A DNA stretch of 64,000 bases, from positions 864,001 through 928,000 of the forward strand of contig CAWGMQ010000010.1 of NCBI GenBank assembly GCA_963823665.1. Reading direction: 5' to 3'. The position numbers and the translations under genes are program-made. Of the stretch, positions 39,367-49,584 are shown piece after piece (within the stretch, counting starts at the first letter, position 1; each line of letters begins with the position of its first letter). Below the pieces are notes generated by a model. That model worked only from the letters and a program-made list of their open reading frames with translations, was not told the DNA's origin and did not search any database. The stretch is from an uncultured Planctomycetota bacterium. Lineage in GTDB: Bacteria > Planctomycetota > Planctomycetia > Isosphaerales > Isosphaeraceae.

Positions 39367-41127
39367 TCACTGATCCTGGCGCCTTACCGTCGCATCAAGC
39401 ACCCCCGCGCGCGCCTTGTTCCCCTCGACCCACGCCTCAAGCCGCCCGGCTCCGGCGCTCACTGGCACGTCCTTGAACGTGTACTCGCTCGCGCCAGGTT
39501 CGAGCCGCTGCTGCCGATGAGCTTCGCCCAGCGCCAGATGCAACGTTGTCGGAAACGGCCTCGCCAAGAAATGGAACGTCACGTCGAATCGCCCTGCCCT
39601 CGCCACTTGCACTCGCCAGAATCCCAGGTCGTTGGGGTTCATTCCCGCCAGTGGTCCGCGCCAGTCCTGTCGCGTCAGGATCGAAGGATTCTCACGCGTG
39701 CCCCCCAGCTCGATCGGTGACGGGTCGTATCCGCGCGTGCTCGAGACATCCTGGAACCAGGCGAGGTAGCCCTTGTACATCTTGGAGACAACTTCGCCGT
39801 GGCGGGCTGAGATGTCTTCCAGCTCGAGCGGGTCGTGCTCCATGTCGTACAGCTCAAGCTTCGGCGGCTTGGCACCGGGAATCGGCTCCCGTCGCACCAG
39901 CTTGTACGTTTGAGATCGCGCGGCAAACGAGCGGCCCGGCTCGGGCGTGTCGCCGCGATGCCACTGGAAATAAAGCGTCCGGTCGGGCCACCCCGCCGTC
40001 TGTTTCCCCGTGACGAGAGGCAGCACGCTCTTTCCGTCAAGCTTGACATCCTTTGGCGGCGAGAGGCCGCAGGCATCGAGCAACGTCGGCATCAGATCGA
40101 TGTGCGCGGTGATCTTCTCGACCGCGAGCCCTGCCGGAAAATGGCCAGGCCACCGCAGGTAGCACGGCACGCGAATGCCGCCGTCGTAAACTGACCCCTT
40201 CCAGCCTCGCAGCCCCGCATTGAATCGCACGAAAGCCGGCCCATTATCAGTGAGAAAAACGACAATCGTGTTCGACTCGAGCTTCCGATCCTCGAGTGCC
40301 TTCAGCACTCGGCCGATGTTCTTATCGATATTCGTCACCATCGCATACACCCGCGCCACCTTCTCCTGCGGAGCTTCCCATTCCTTCGGAATGCGCTGGC
40401 CGAGCTGCGGGAATGACGAGAGCGAGAGGTCCATCGCCGTGTACGGCGCCAGTTCGGCGTCCGAGACCTCGAGCGGCTCGTGCGGGCAGTTGAACGCGAG
40501 ATACGCGAAGAACGGCCGGTCGCTCTTCGTCTGAACGAAGTCCATCGCCGCGCCCGCGAAAATGTCGCTGCAATAACCTTTGTGCCGTTCCGCCGCGCCG
40601 TTGTGCTGCAAGATCGGGTCGAAGTAGCTAGTTCCACCCGGAGGGTCAGACGCCTGGCCGATGCCGCCCCCCTTGATCACCAGGGCTTCCTGAAATCCCT
40701 GGTCAATCGCCCGCATCGGTGCGTTGTCTCCCAGGTGCCACTTCCCGAAAATGCCCGTTCGATAGCCGGCCGCGGAGAGCACCTCCGCAAGCGTGACTTC
40801 ATCCGGATACATCAGCGACCGGCCCAGGTACGTGTCAACTACGCCCGTCCGGTAGTTGTATCGCCCGGTGAGCAGGCTCGAGCGCGTGGGTGAGCAGACC
40901 GGAGAAACATAAAAGTTCTTGAGCCGCACGCTCTCCCCGGCAAACCTGTCGAGGTTCGGCGTCTTGATCTTCGGGTTGCCATGAGCCCCCAGGTCGCCAA
41001 ACCCCTGGTCGTCGCTCATGATGATGAGCACATTCGGCCGCTTGTCTGGCGCAGCGGCCGCCGTCTGCACGAGCGCGGCAATCATCAAGGCGCCCGCGAT
41101 CGAAATGGTCCGCCTCGTGCAAGCCAC
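39367..41127 (-). CDS. Secreted arylsulfatase (Cys-type)
   Basis: RPNVLIIMSDDQG, CSPTR, FGKWHLG, TDNG, WKGSVYDGGIRVP; GGGAG RBS before GTG 41127. Confidence 0.93.
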   Translation of the reverse strand: MACTRRTISIAGALMIAALVQTAAAAPDKRPNVLIIMSDDQGFGDLGAHGNPKIKTPNLDRFAGESVRLKNFYVSPVCSPTRSSLLTGRYNYRTGVVDTYLGRSLMYPDEVTLAEVLSAAGYRTGIFGKWHLGDNAPMRAIDQGFQEALVIKGGGIGQASDPPGGTSYFDPILQHNGAAERHKGYCSDIFAGAAMDFVQTKSDRPFFAYLAFNCPHEPLEVSDAELAPYTAMDLSLSSFPQLGQRIPKEWEAPQEKVARVYAMVTNIDKNIGRVLKALEDRKLESNTIVVFLTDNGPAFVRFNAGLRGWKGSVYDGGIRVPCYLRWPGHFPAGLAVEKITAHIDLMPTLLDACGLSPPKDVKLDGKSVLPLVTGKQTAGWPDRTLYFQWHRGDTPEPGRSFAARSQTYKLVRREPIPGAKPPKLELYDMEHDPLELEDISARHGEVVSKMYKGYLAWFQDVSSTRGYDPSPIELGGTRENPSILTRQDWRGPLAGMNPNDLGFWRVQVARAGRFDVTFHFLARPFPTTLHLALGEAHRQQRLEPGASEYTFKDVPVSAGAGRLEAWVEGNKARAGVLDATVRRQDQ

Positions 41128-41166
41128 CGCGAGAACTCCCCGAAATGAATGCCTGACCCTTCTTCT

Positions 41167-41206
41167 CCCTCGCCCCGCTCGCGGGGAGAGGGCCGGGGTG
41201 AGCGGT
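41167..41206. repeat. Single intergenic CCCTCTCCCC/GGGGAGAGGG-type palindromic element
   Basis: CCCTCGCCCCGC-TC-GCGGGGAGAGGG followed by CCGGGGTGAG. Confidence 0.55.
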
Positions 41207-41450
41207 CTTCCTGACCCGATGACCGCAAAAAAGCCCCCCCCCATCGCCAACGCCGCTCCCAGCATACCCTCGCGAACCAAAAAAATCTCCACCGCGCACG
41301 CGCACAACGACCGCCCAGCCACCAGACACCAACACACGCTTCCCATTCGGCCACTTGCCGGCAAAACTGATGTATACTGTGACACCACATCGACAAAACG
41401 AATCACTCCTTCGGCAGCAGAGCGACAGGAGACACCCTGATGAAAGCCGG

Positions 41451-43110
41451 ATGGTTCAAATTCAGCCAGCGAAGGAAGTTGCCAACCGAACCATCCGCAA
41501 CCACACGCCGCGCACGCGCACCCGCTCGTCGTTCGGCGAATGCCTCGAAGACCGGCGCCTGCTCGCAGCGTCGCTGGCGTCCATCCCGAACGTCTCCGTC
41601 CCCTCGCTCCAGGGGCTCACCCTGCCGCTCGATGGCAGCGGAACTCCTGACGCCCAAACCTTCTCGGCCACCTCGAGCAACCCCGACATCGCCGTTTCGA
41701 TCGCCTCCACCACATTCTGGAACGTGGGCGTTTCCTACACCGATCCGCTAAACTCGAACAACAGCTTCTCGGGAACGCTCACGTTCGGGCTCTTTGGCAG
41801 CCTCACTCCAAACACCGTCAAGATGATCACGCAGTTCACGAACGACAGTTATTACGTCAATTCCGGCAAATTTATCTGGCGGGTCGCATCGAATTTTGAT
41901 GAGACTACATCCGCCGTCATTCAAGGCGGAGCTGCAAACCCGCAGGGTAACATTGGCGTGAGCGGCCAGCCGGGCACGCCCTTCGGCAACGAGAACGTCC
42001 AGGCGCTCGCCCCAACGGGTTCCAATCAACTCTTGCTGGCCAACGCTGGCGGCACCGACTCGAACGACGTCCAGTTCTTCATCGACACCGGTCCGCTCGA
42101 CAGCCAGCTCGGCTACGGATACACCCTTTTCGGTCAGCTCGTTTCCGGCGCAGGTACGCTGGCAAAGATTGCTGGAGTCCCTGTGACGACAAATGACTTC
42201 GGCGAACCGTCCCAGCCGGTCAATCCGATCACGATCACCTCGACGAGCCTGTCGACCTCGAACGACAGCGGCGTCGTGCTGATTGACACAACCCAGGCGC
42301 ACCCCGGCGAGACGGCCATCGTCACCGTCACGGCGCACGATGGCTCTTCGAGCACCCCGCAGTCATTCCTGGTCTCCGTCGGGTCTTACGCGGGCAGCAC
42401 CGTCCCTTCGTTGCTCGAAGGGCTCAACTTCAAGCCGTTCGCATCCCCGGTGTCCATATCGGCGAATTCCAACATTTCCGAGCCCGTACAGCTCGCCGGC
42501 CAGCCCGCTGAACCGTTGAACGCGGCCCCCGTTTCGTCGTACACCATCCTCACCGGCCCGTCGCACGGCACGATCTCCGACTTCAACCCAGCGACTGGCA
42601 AATTGCTCTACACGTCCGCACCCGGCTTCGTCGGAACTGACTCCTTCACCTACACCGCCAGCTCGAGCGGTCCCAACACCCTTGAGCCGCCCGCCACCAG
42701 CAACCCCGCCACGGTGACCATCACCGTGACCCGCGGCTACGTCGAGCTGAATTCAGTCGAGGTCTTCACGAATGGACGTGGCAAGGACTCCAAGATCGAG
42801 CTCTTCTGGTCCGGCCCGCTCGAGCGCTTCGCTTGTGAGATCGAAAGCGCCGTTCGAGATCGAAATCGCCAACCGCAAGGGCTCCTTCACCGGCAAAGGC
42901 GCCCGAACGATCGCAATCCGGAAGGTGCAGTACGACGGCAATGCCGACACCGTGACACTGACCCCCAAGACGCTCTTCTCGAAGTTCAAGGTCGCCCGGC
43001 TGCTCGTACACGGCACCGGCCGCAAAGCCCTGAAAGACAGCACCGGCCTCCCCATCTCCGGCGACAACGGCCCCGGCACCGACGCAACGTGGAGTCTCAC
43101 CTACCCCTGA
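41451..43110 (+). CDS. Planctomycete extracellular protein: LEDRRLL motif, divergent cyclophilin domain and Big_9/cadherin-like domain; frameshift near 42830
   Basis: ECLEDRRLLA; TPNTV...WRV...VIQGG...ANAG...QFFI...YTLFGQ; PSHGTI...YTSAPGFVGTDSFTY. Confidence 0.8.
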
Positions 43111-43210
43111 TGGTATAGCTCGCCCGTGTAGCAGGCACACTCCGTGTGCCGCCCGCTGAGATCTCGGGATGAATACCCCTGGCTTGGCCCACGCCGCCAT
43201 CGAACTCAGT

Positions 43211-44659
43211 TCACGCCAGCACTTCGCGAATCACATGCCCATGTACGTCCGTCAACCGCCGATCAATCCCGTTATGCCGGAACGCAAGGCGCGTGTGCTC
43301 GATCCCCAGCAAATGCAGAATCGTCGCATGAACATCATAGCAATAACTCTGCCCCGTAGCAGCCCTCCACCCCCATGGATCGCTTTCCCCGTAAGACACC
43401 CCCGCCTTGACGCCCGCCCCGGCCAGCCAGGCGACGGACGTCCCCCCATTATGGTCGCGCCCGGTCGCCCCCTGCGTGAACGGCTGCCGCCCGAATTCCG
43501 TGCTGAAGACCACGAGCGTGTCGTCGATGAGCCCCCGCGCTTCCAGATCACGCAGCAACCCGGCAATCGGCCGGTCCACGGTTCGCGCAATCGCCGGCAG
43601 CTCGTTGTGGATATCCGTGTGGTTGTCCCAGTTGTTCTTCGGTCCCCCCGCGCCGCTCCACACCTGCACAAACCGCACCCCCCGCTCGAGCAATCTCCGG
43701 GCCAGCAGACAGCGGCGTCCGAAATCCGCCGTCTGCCCCTCATGAAGCCCGTACATCCTCTGCGTCGCCGTTGTTTCGCTCGAGAGATCAAGTGCCTCGG
43801 GCGCCGAATGCTGCATCCGCGCCGCCAGCTCGTAAGCCTCGATCCGCGACTCGAGCCGCGAGTCTCCCGGATTGGCCGCGGCATGCAACCGGTTCAGGCT
43901 CGCCAGCACGTCCCGCCCGTCGCGCCCGCTATCCTTCGTGATGAACGATGCCCCCGCCGGCGGAAAAAGCTCGGGTATCGGCCGCGCGGCACCCGCCTCG
44001 AGAATCGTTCCCTGGTGCGATTGAGGCAGAAAACCGGACGTGAAATTCCCCTTCGCGTTATAAGGAAGCCCTTTCGGGTCCGGCAGCACCACAAAGCACG
44101 GCAGGTTATCCGAAAGTGAGCCCAGCCCATACGACAGCCACGCCCCCATGCTCGGAAACCCCGGCATGAGAAACCCCGTGTTCATCATGTAGCTCGCCGG
44201 CCCATGCACATTGGTCTTGGATGACACCGCCATCAGGAAGGCGAGCCCGTCGACGCACCCGGCCAGCTCCGGAAACACGCTGCTCACCCATCGGCCGCAT
44301 TCACCGTATTGCCGGAACGGAAACGGGCTCTTCATCAGGTTCCCGGGCGCGCTCGTCGGTGCCTCGAAGTGTGCCCCCGGATCAAACGGTTTGCCGTCGC
44401 GCCGGTGCAGCTCCGGCTTGTAGTCGAACGTGTCCATCTGGCTCACGCCGCCGTTCATGAAAAGCTGAACGACCCGCCGGGCCTTCGCCGGATGGTGTAG
44501 CCCTCCATTGAGCGCGGCGCGATCCGCCGTCCGCGCCCCAGCTCCGTCCGTCCCCGCAAGCAGCCCGTCGCGAGCAAGCATTTCGGCCAGCGCGATGCCG
44601 CCCAGCCCGCCCCCAACCCGCCAGAGGAATTGCCGCCGCGGCATCCGGTTGTTGTTCAT
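43211..44659 (-). CDS. DUF1501 domain protein (Tat-like leader)
   Basis: PRRQFL, LFMNGGVSQMDTFDYKP, PSMGAW, LARRLLERGVRFVQ, WDNH, EFGR, GRDHN. Confidence 0.93.
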   Translation of the reverse strand: MNNNRMPRRQFLWRVGGGLGGIALAEMLARDGLLAGTDGAGARTADRAALNGGLHHPAKARRVVQLFMNGGVSQMDTFDYKPELHRRDGKPFDPGAHFEAPTSAPGNLMKSPFPFRQYGECGRWVSSVFPELAGCVDGLAFLMAVSSKTNVHGPASYMMNTGFLMPGFPSMGAWLSYGLGSLSDNLPCFVVLPDPKGLPYNAKGNFTSGFLPQSHQGTILEAGAARPIPELFPPAGASFITKDSGRDGRDVLASLNRLHAAANPGDSRLESRIEAYELAARMQHSAPEALDLSSETTATQRMYGLHEGQTADFGRRCLLARRLLERGVRFVQVWSGAGGPKNNWDNHTDIHNELPAIARTVDRPIAGLLRDLEARGLIDDTLVVFSTEFGRQPFTQGATGRDHNGGTSVAWLAGAGVKAGVSYGESDPWGWRAATGQSYCYDVHATILHLLGIEHTRLAFRHNGIDRRLTDVHGHVIREVLA

Positions 44660-44678
44660 CACGTAGTTTCCGGTTGAA

Positions 44679-47021
44679 TCAATTGACGAACAAAAACTCA
44701 TTGCTATTGATGATCACCCGGCACAAGTTCAACAGGCCGTGCCGTGCCGCGTAGCCTCCCAGCAGCGAAAGCTCTTCGGGCGCGGGCGCCCGGCCATACG
44801 CCGCCAGAAACGCGACGCGAATCTGGTCCTCGAGCTTGGGCGAGGCACGCCGCAGCCGTTCGGCCAGGGGCGCGCATTGCCGCAGCACGAACGGGTTGTT
44901 CAGCAGCTCGAGAGCTTGCAGCGGAGTGGTCGACTCGTTGCGCACCGCCGTGAGCTGCGACGGGTCTGCCGAATCGAGCGCATCGTAGAACGGGTCCGGC
45001 AGCGTCCGGAACACAAACCGATACACCGCGCGCCGGCACGAGCCTGGGCTGTTCCAGTCATACTTCGTGTAGTCGACCACCGGCGTGACGTGCACTCCAG
45101 GGCTGAGCGTGAACTGCTGAACCGACGGCCCGCCCACCGCGGTGTCAAGCTGGCCCGCCAGCTTGAGGATCGCGTCGTGAATCGATTCCGCATCGAGACG
45201 CCGGCGATTCTGCCGCCAGAGCCACTGGTTATCAGCGTCCTTTGCGGCAAAGCTCGCCTCGCTCGCCGCGCACTGGCGGTACGTGGCGCTGGTCACGATC
45301 AGCCGGTCGAGCCCCTTGAGCGACCCGCCCGAATCGCGGAACGTCGTCGCCAGCCAGTCCAGCAGCTCCGGATGCGAGGGCAGGGCCCCCATCTTTCCGA
45401 AATCGTTGGGCGTGGCGACCAGCCCGCGACCGAAGTGGTGCTGCCATGCCCGGTTCACGATCGAGCGCCACGACAGCGAATTTCGCGGGTCGATGATCCA
45501 CCGCGCCAGGCACGCGCGCCGTTCCGACTCGTCCGCGGTTTTTTCAATCGTGAACCGCGACGGCAGTTCCTTGAGGCATCCCAGCGTGCCGGGCGCCGCC
45601 GGCTTCACGGGGAAGTGAATGTCCCCGCGCCGCAGAACGCTCACCGCCCGCGGTCCGCCCGGCGGCTTGTGCCCCGCATCCGGAGCGAACTCGCTCGCCC
45701 CCGCAAACACAAGTTGTTGCGGTGGCAGCGCACCCAGCATGGCCGAGATCCATCCGGCGCGGTCCCCGCTCATTTTCCTGGCCACTTCGAGCTCAGCGGT
45801 AAGTGACCGGCGCACCTTGCTGACGTTCGCATCCGTATCATACGGCCGCTCGGCCTTGTCCACCCCCGCGAAGACGGCTTGCAGGCTGTAGTAGTCGTCC
45901 TGCGAGATCGGGTCGAACTTGTGGTCGTGGCAGCGGGCGCATCCGGCCGTGGAGCTGACAAACGTCGACATCACCGTCGAGACCATATCGTCGCGGTCCA
46001 TGTAATGGCCGATCTGGCGATCGATGCTGTCGTCGCGAATGTCTCGCAGCGAGCTTTCATCCCACGGCCCGGCCGCCAGCATCCCGAGCGCCACGACCAG
46101 CTCCGGCTCATCCGGAAAGAGTGCGTCCGCCGCGACTTGCTCGGCGACAAACCGCCCATACGGCTTGTCACGATTGAACGAGCGGATCAGATAATCACGA
46201 TAGGGCCACGCATTGGGCCGGATCCGGTCCTGGTCGTGCCCATGCGTCTCGGCGAAATGGACCAGGTCCATCCAGGAGCGAGCGGACCGCTCGCCATAAT
46301 GCGGGCTGGAGACCAGCCGCTCAACCAGCCGCTCGTGTGCGTCCGCCGAGCGATCGTTCTCGAACGCGTCCACTTCGTCCGGCTCCGGCGGCAATCCCAG
46401 CAAGTCGAACGAGAGCCGCCGGATCAACGTGCGCCGGTCGGCTTCGGGTGCGGGAGCGAGTCCCTTCTCGGTCAGCTTGGCCAGTATGAATGCGTCAATC
46501 GGATTGGCCGCCCAGCCCCTCTTCGCCACGGCTACGCGCGGCACCGCCGGGCGTACCAATGGCTTCAGCGACCACCAGTCCAACTGGCCCGCGGCCGCAA
46601 CCACCGCCTTCCCATCCCGCGGGTCCGGCGCCCCTATCTTGATCCACTCGCGAAAATCGGCGATCACACTCGCCGGGAGCGCTCCTTTGGGCGGCATGCG
46701 ATCAACGCCCTGCGCACCCGAGATCGCCTGAAACAGCAGGCTCTCATCCAGGTTTCCCGGAACGACCGCGGGCCCAGTATCTCCACCCGCACGAATCCCC
46801 TCGCGAGTATCAAGCCGCAGCCCGCCGCGCAGCTTCTTGGCCCCGCTCGAATGACACTCATAACACCGTTCAACGAGCACCGGCCGGATCTTGCTCTCGA
46901 AATGCGCCAGCTCCGCGGCGTCATCGGCCCCGCTCACCCGGGCCGCCAAACACGTGACAACCATCACCGCGAAGGCCCCGGTGATCGCCATGCCCCGTTG
47001 ATCCCGCCGCGAGCGCGCCAT
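44679..47021 (-). CDS. Planctomycete cytochrome c + DUF1549 (PSD1) + DUF1553 protein
   Basis: CYECH and CARCH heme motifs, NPIDAFI, LIRRLSFDLLGLPP, AWPYRDY, VNRAWQHHFGRG, SHPELLDWLA, NEFLF. Confidence 0.93.
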   Translation of the reverse strand: MARSRRDQRGMAITGAFAVMVVTCLAARVSGADDAAELAHFESKIRPVLVERCYECHSSGAKKLRGGLRLDTREGIRAGGDTGPAVVPGNLDESLLFQAISGAQGVDRMPPKGALPASVIADFREWIKIGAPDPRDGKAVVAAAGQLDWWSLKPLVRPAVPRVAVAKRGWAANPIDAFILAKLTEKGLAPAPEADRRTLIRRLSFDLLGLPPEPDEVDAFENDRSADAHERLVERLVSSPHYGERSARSWMDLVHFAETHGHDQDRIRPNAWPYRDYLIRSFNRDKPYGRFVAEQVAADALFPDEPELVVALGMLAAGPWDESSLRDIRDDSIDRQIGHYMDRDDMVSTVMSTFVSSTAGCARCHDHKFDPISQDDYYSLQAVFAGVDKAERPYDTDANVSKVRRSLTAELEVARKMSGDRAGWISAMLGALPPQQLVFAGASEFAPDAGHKPPGGPRAVSVLRRGDIHFPVKPAAPGTLGCLKELPSRFTIEKTADESERRACLARWIIDPRNSLSWRSIVNRAWQHHFGRGLVATPNDFGKMGALPSHPELLDWLATTFRDSGGSLKGLDRLIVTSATYRQCAASEASFAAKDADNQWLWRQNRRRLDAESIHDAILKLAGQLDTAVGGPSVQQFTLSPGVHVTPVVDYTKYDWNSPGSCRRAVYRFVFRTLPDPFYDALDSADPSQLTAVRNESTTPLQALELLNNPFVLRQCAPLAERLRRASPKLEDQIRVAFLAAYGRAPAPEELSLLGGYAARHGLLNLCRVIINSNEFLFVN

Positions 47022-47202
47022 ATCCGCCCGTTCCCGTAGGGTCCGCCAATGCGGAACTTCCTTCAAAATTCGCCGCGTGCCTTCACCGGGCACACAAGTG
47101 TTCAACAAAACTCTAACACGTTTCGTACAAGGAGTCATCACCACCATGGGCCGATGCGATAGAATGAAGCACCGAGGAACGACCAGGAGTCCGAGGCCAG
47201 CA

Positions 47203-47625
47203 ATGATCGACAAACGACACGCCGCCGCCGATCCATCAGATCGTTGTTGTTCCTTTTGCAAGACAAGCGAAGCAGAAGTGGGCAGTCTCATCGAAGGTCC
47301 TGGAATCGATGGAGCGTCACCCGTCTTCATCTGCGCGGAGTGCGTCGATCTCTGCTCGTCCTTACTCGAGCGAGAACAGCACAAGATCGCCGCCGGCGAG
47401 AACCCGGACGATCCCACCACCGCCGAGGCCCTCAGCCGTCAGATCGCAAACGCCGTCGGCAACCTCGACGACCTCGAGTTCCGAATCATCGAGCTGCGAT
47501 ATGGTCTGGCTGACGGCTATTCGTATTGCCACGAAGAGATCGCCGAACTTCTGAGCGTCGCGCCCGAAAAAGTCCACGAAATCGAAGCCGCAGCGGTAGC
47601 GAAGCTAAAGCCAACATCCTCGTAG
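47203..47625 (+). CDS. ClpX-type C4 zinc finger fused to a sigma-70 region 4-like HTH (copy 1)
   Basis: CSFC...LIEGP...VFICAECVDLC, then LDDLEFRIIELRYGLADG...EEIAELLSVAPEKVHEIEAAAVAKL; GAGG RBS. Confidence 0.82.
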   Translation: MIDKRHAAADPSDRCCSFCKTSEAEVGSLIEGPGIDGASPVFICAECVDLCSSLLEREQHKIAAGENPDDPTTAEALSRQIANAVGNLDDLEFRIIELRYGLADGYSYCHEEIAELLSVAPEKVHEIEAAAVAKLKPTSS

Positions 47626-47757
47626 AGTCCGCCGTTGCAAACCATCCCCGACCTGCTCAACAAGTCCCTTACATGTTTTGCGCAAGGAGCAGTCACGAGG
47701 TTTGGCCGTTGCAATAAAATGAAACGCTCACCAATCATGAAGGATTCGAGGCCAGCG

Positions 47758-48192
47758 ATGATCGAAAAACAACACTCCGCGTGCGATCCATCCAATCGCA
47801 AATGTTCTTTTTGCAATGAAAGCGAAGCTGAGATGGGCTCGCTCATCGACGGCCCTTGGATCGAAGGAACTTCACCCGTCTTCATCTGTGCCTCTTGCGT
47901 GGATCTCTGCTCGACTATGTTCCAGCATTGGAAGAAATACCCCGCCGCCAGAGCCGGGCTGCCACCCGAGGCCGCCGAGGCCTTCAACCGTCAATTCGAC
48001 GACGCGCTCAACTACCTGAAACTCGATGGTCTTGAGTCCCGCGTCATGAAGCTTCGGTGCGGCTTGGTCGATGGCAATCTCCAGACACACACGGAGGTCG
48101 CCGAGGCCCTCGAGATCACGCCCGACAGAGTCCGTGAAATTGAGCTCGCGGTCATTCGCAAGGCGCAGTCCCGTCGTGATTCGTCTCAGTAG
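47758..48192 (+). CDS. ClpX-type C4 zinc finger fused to a sigma-70 region 4-like HTH (copy 2)
   Basis: CSFC...LIDGP...VFICASCVDLC, then LDGLESRVMKLRCGLVDG...THTEVAEALEITPDRVREIELAVIRK. Confidence 0.82.
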   Translation: MIEKQHSACDPSNRKCSFCNESEAEMGSLIDGPWIEGTSPVFICASCVDLCSTMFQHWKKYPAARAGLPPEAAEAFNRQFDDALNYLKLDGLESRVMKLRCGLVDGNLQTHTEVAEALEITPDRVREIELAVIRKAQSRRDSSQ

Positions 48193-48851
48193 ACAAACGG
48201 CACCAGCCGCCACGTGCGTCGCCGGTAGTCGGCATACCGCTCACCAAATTCCGACTCGAGCAATCGTTCCTCCGAGTTCATGCGCGCCACGAGTAGAGGA
48301 ATGAACAGCAGCGTAACCAGCACTCCGATCGCGCTGCGAAAGACCAGCGACCAGCCAAACAGGGTCACCAGCAGCCCCAGATAGCTCGGATGCCGAATCA
48401 CGCGATAAAGCCCGTCTGTGACCAGTTCATGACCTTCCTGGATCGCCACCAGACCGCTGAACCGCCTCCCCAGCACAAACACCGGCGCAATCCGCAGCAC
48501 ACAACCAACCGCAAGCATCGCTAGCCCGAGGAACCGCACGACCTCACCGTCGATTGTCCAGATTTCGCGGCGATCCATGTACGGCGGCAACCACGCCAGC
48601 AACAAGCCCACGATCATGAACGGCACGAAAATCCACCGGTTGCTCGTATCCTCGCGCCGTCCGCTCGAAATGTTGCCGCTCGTGAACATGGCCGCGGCCG
48701 AGGCGGCCGCAAACACCAGAAGTGCGCCCGCCCGCGCCGGGCTCGCAATGAATTCTCGCCAGTCGCCGTACCCCCAGACCGCGAGCCCGAAGTAAACCGC
48801 CACGTTCGTCGCGGTCAAGAGCATCATGCCCCACTTCGGCAAGGATTTCAT
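48186..48851 (-). CDS. Isoprenylcysteine carboxylmethyltransferase (ICMT/PEMT) family membrane protein
   Basis: LGRRFS, HELVTDGLYRVIRHPSY, EERLL, YADYRRRTWRLVP. Confidence 0.9.
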   Translation of the reverse strand: MKSLPKWGMMLLTATNVAVYFGLAVWGYGDWREFIASPARAGALLVFAAASAAAMFTSGNISSGRREDTSNRWIFVPFMIVGLLLAWLPPYMDRREIWTIDGEVVRFLGLAMLAVGCVLRIAPVFVLGRRFSGLVAIQEGHELVTDGLYRVIRHPSYLGLLVTLFGWSLVFRSAIGVLVTLLFIPLLVARMNSEERLLESEFGERYADYRRRTWRLVPFVY

Positions 48852-49309
48852 GATTTCGATGTCTTCTTGCGTTTGTACGTGACGAGATAATACTTCGATC
48901 CCGCCGTCGTCTTGAACTCCTTGGGGCGTTTCTTCCCTTCCAGGTTGTAGCAGACTTTGAGCGTATCCTCTTTGAGTTCATAAATCGCCGGGATCGTCTT
49001 CCCAAGATTGGGTCCCTTCGTCCCTTTGATTTCCATCCCGGCCGGTTCACTCTCAACATCGAGCGTCACCGTTCCCTCGTCAACCTGCTCGCCGACGGTG
49101 GCCGTGTATTTGTCATCCTCGATCACAAGCTTGATGGTCCCGAGCACTTGCTTCGGCAGCTTCTCGCCATCCAGCTCAGCCGCGCTCGGTGTCCACGTTC
49201 CGTCCATCTCGGCTCGAATCTTCTTCACTTTCTCATCGTCACCCGATCGAACACTGGTTCCCAGCGCGACGACGATGAGCGACGAGGCGGCGATCGTGCG
49301 GAGTTTCAT
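48848..49309 (-). CDS. TIGR03067 planctomycete domain protein (secreted)
   Basis: MDGTW...ELDGE, GTVTLD...P, GPNLGKTIPAIYELKEDTLKVCY, RPKEF. Confidence 0.88.
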   Translation of the reverse strand: MKLRTIAASSLIVVALGTSVRSGDDEKVKKIRAEMDGTWTPSAAELDGEKLPKQVLGTIKLVIEDDKYTATVGEQVDEGTVTLDVESEPAGMEIKGTKGPNLGKTIPAIYELKEDTLKVCYNLEGKKRPKEFKTTAGSKYYLVTYKRKKTSKS

Positions 49310-49443
49310 TCGAGTATCCCTTGCGCGCCCGCGTGGTAAGAAACCGCGATGTCACGTATCTTATCCTTCGAGCAGCCGCTCCGGGGAGAGCGAATTCCAG
49401 ATCGCTCCCGATGAGGTGAACCACGGCGGCTACGGACGTGTCA

Positions 49444-49522
49444 GCACGTCAGGCCTCAGCCTGACGATTGAGTAGGTCAGGCTTTAGCCTGACGATTGAG
49501 TAGGTCAGGCTTTGGCCTGACG
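49444..49522 (+). repeat. Three tandem family-1 REP-like units
   Basis: Units start at 49444, 49472 and 49500, an exact 28-bp period with an ATTGA linker. Confidence 0.85.
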
Positions 49523-49584
49523 CATTCCTGATCACGGCATGCACGTTCTGCCCCCACCCTCCCGCGCTCCAGAGCACGCCAACG

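Noticed and set aside
47077..47757. Longer N-termini for the ClpX-sigma4 ORFs
   Set aside because: The similarity is explained by duplicated upstream DNA containing -10-like boxes; GAGG plus ATG at 47203 and 47758 fit better. Not fully excluded.
36177..49522. 28-bp periodic palindromic repeats as a CRISPR array
   Set aside because: Only three units per cluster, 4-5-nt linkers instead of unique spacers, and no cas genes.
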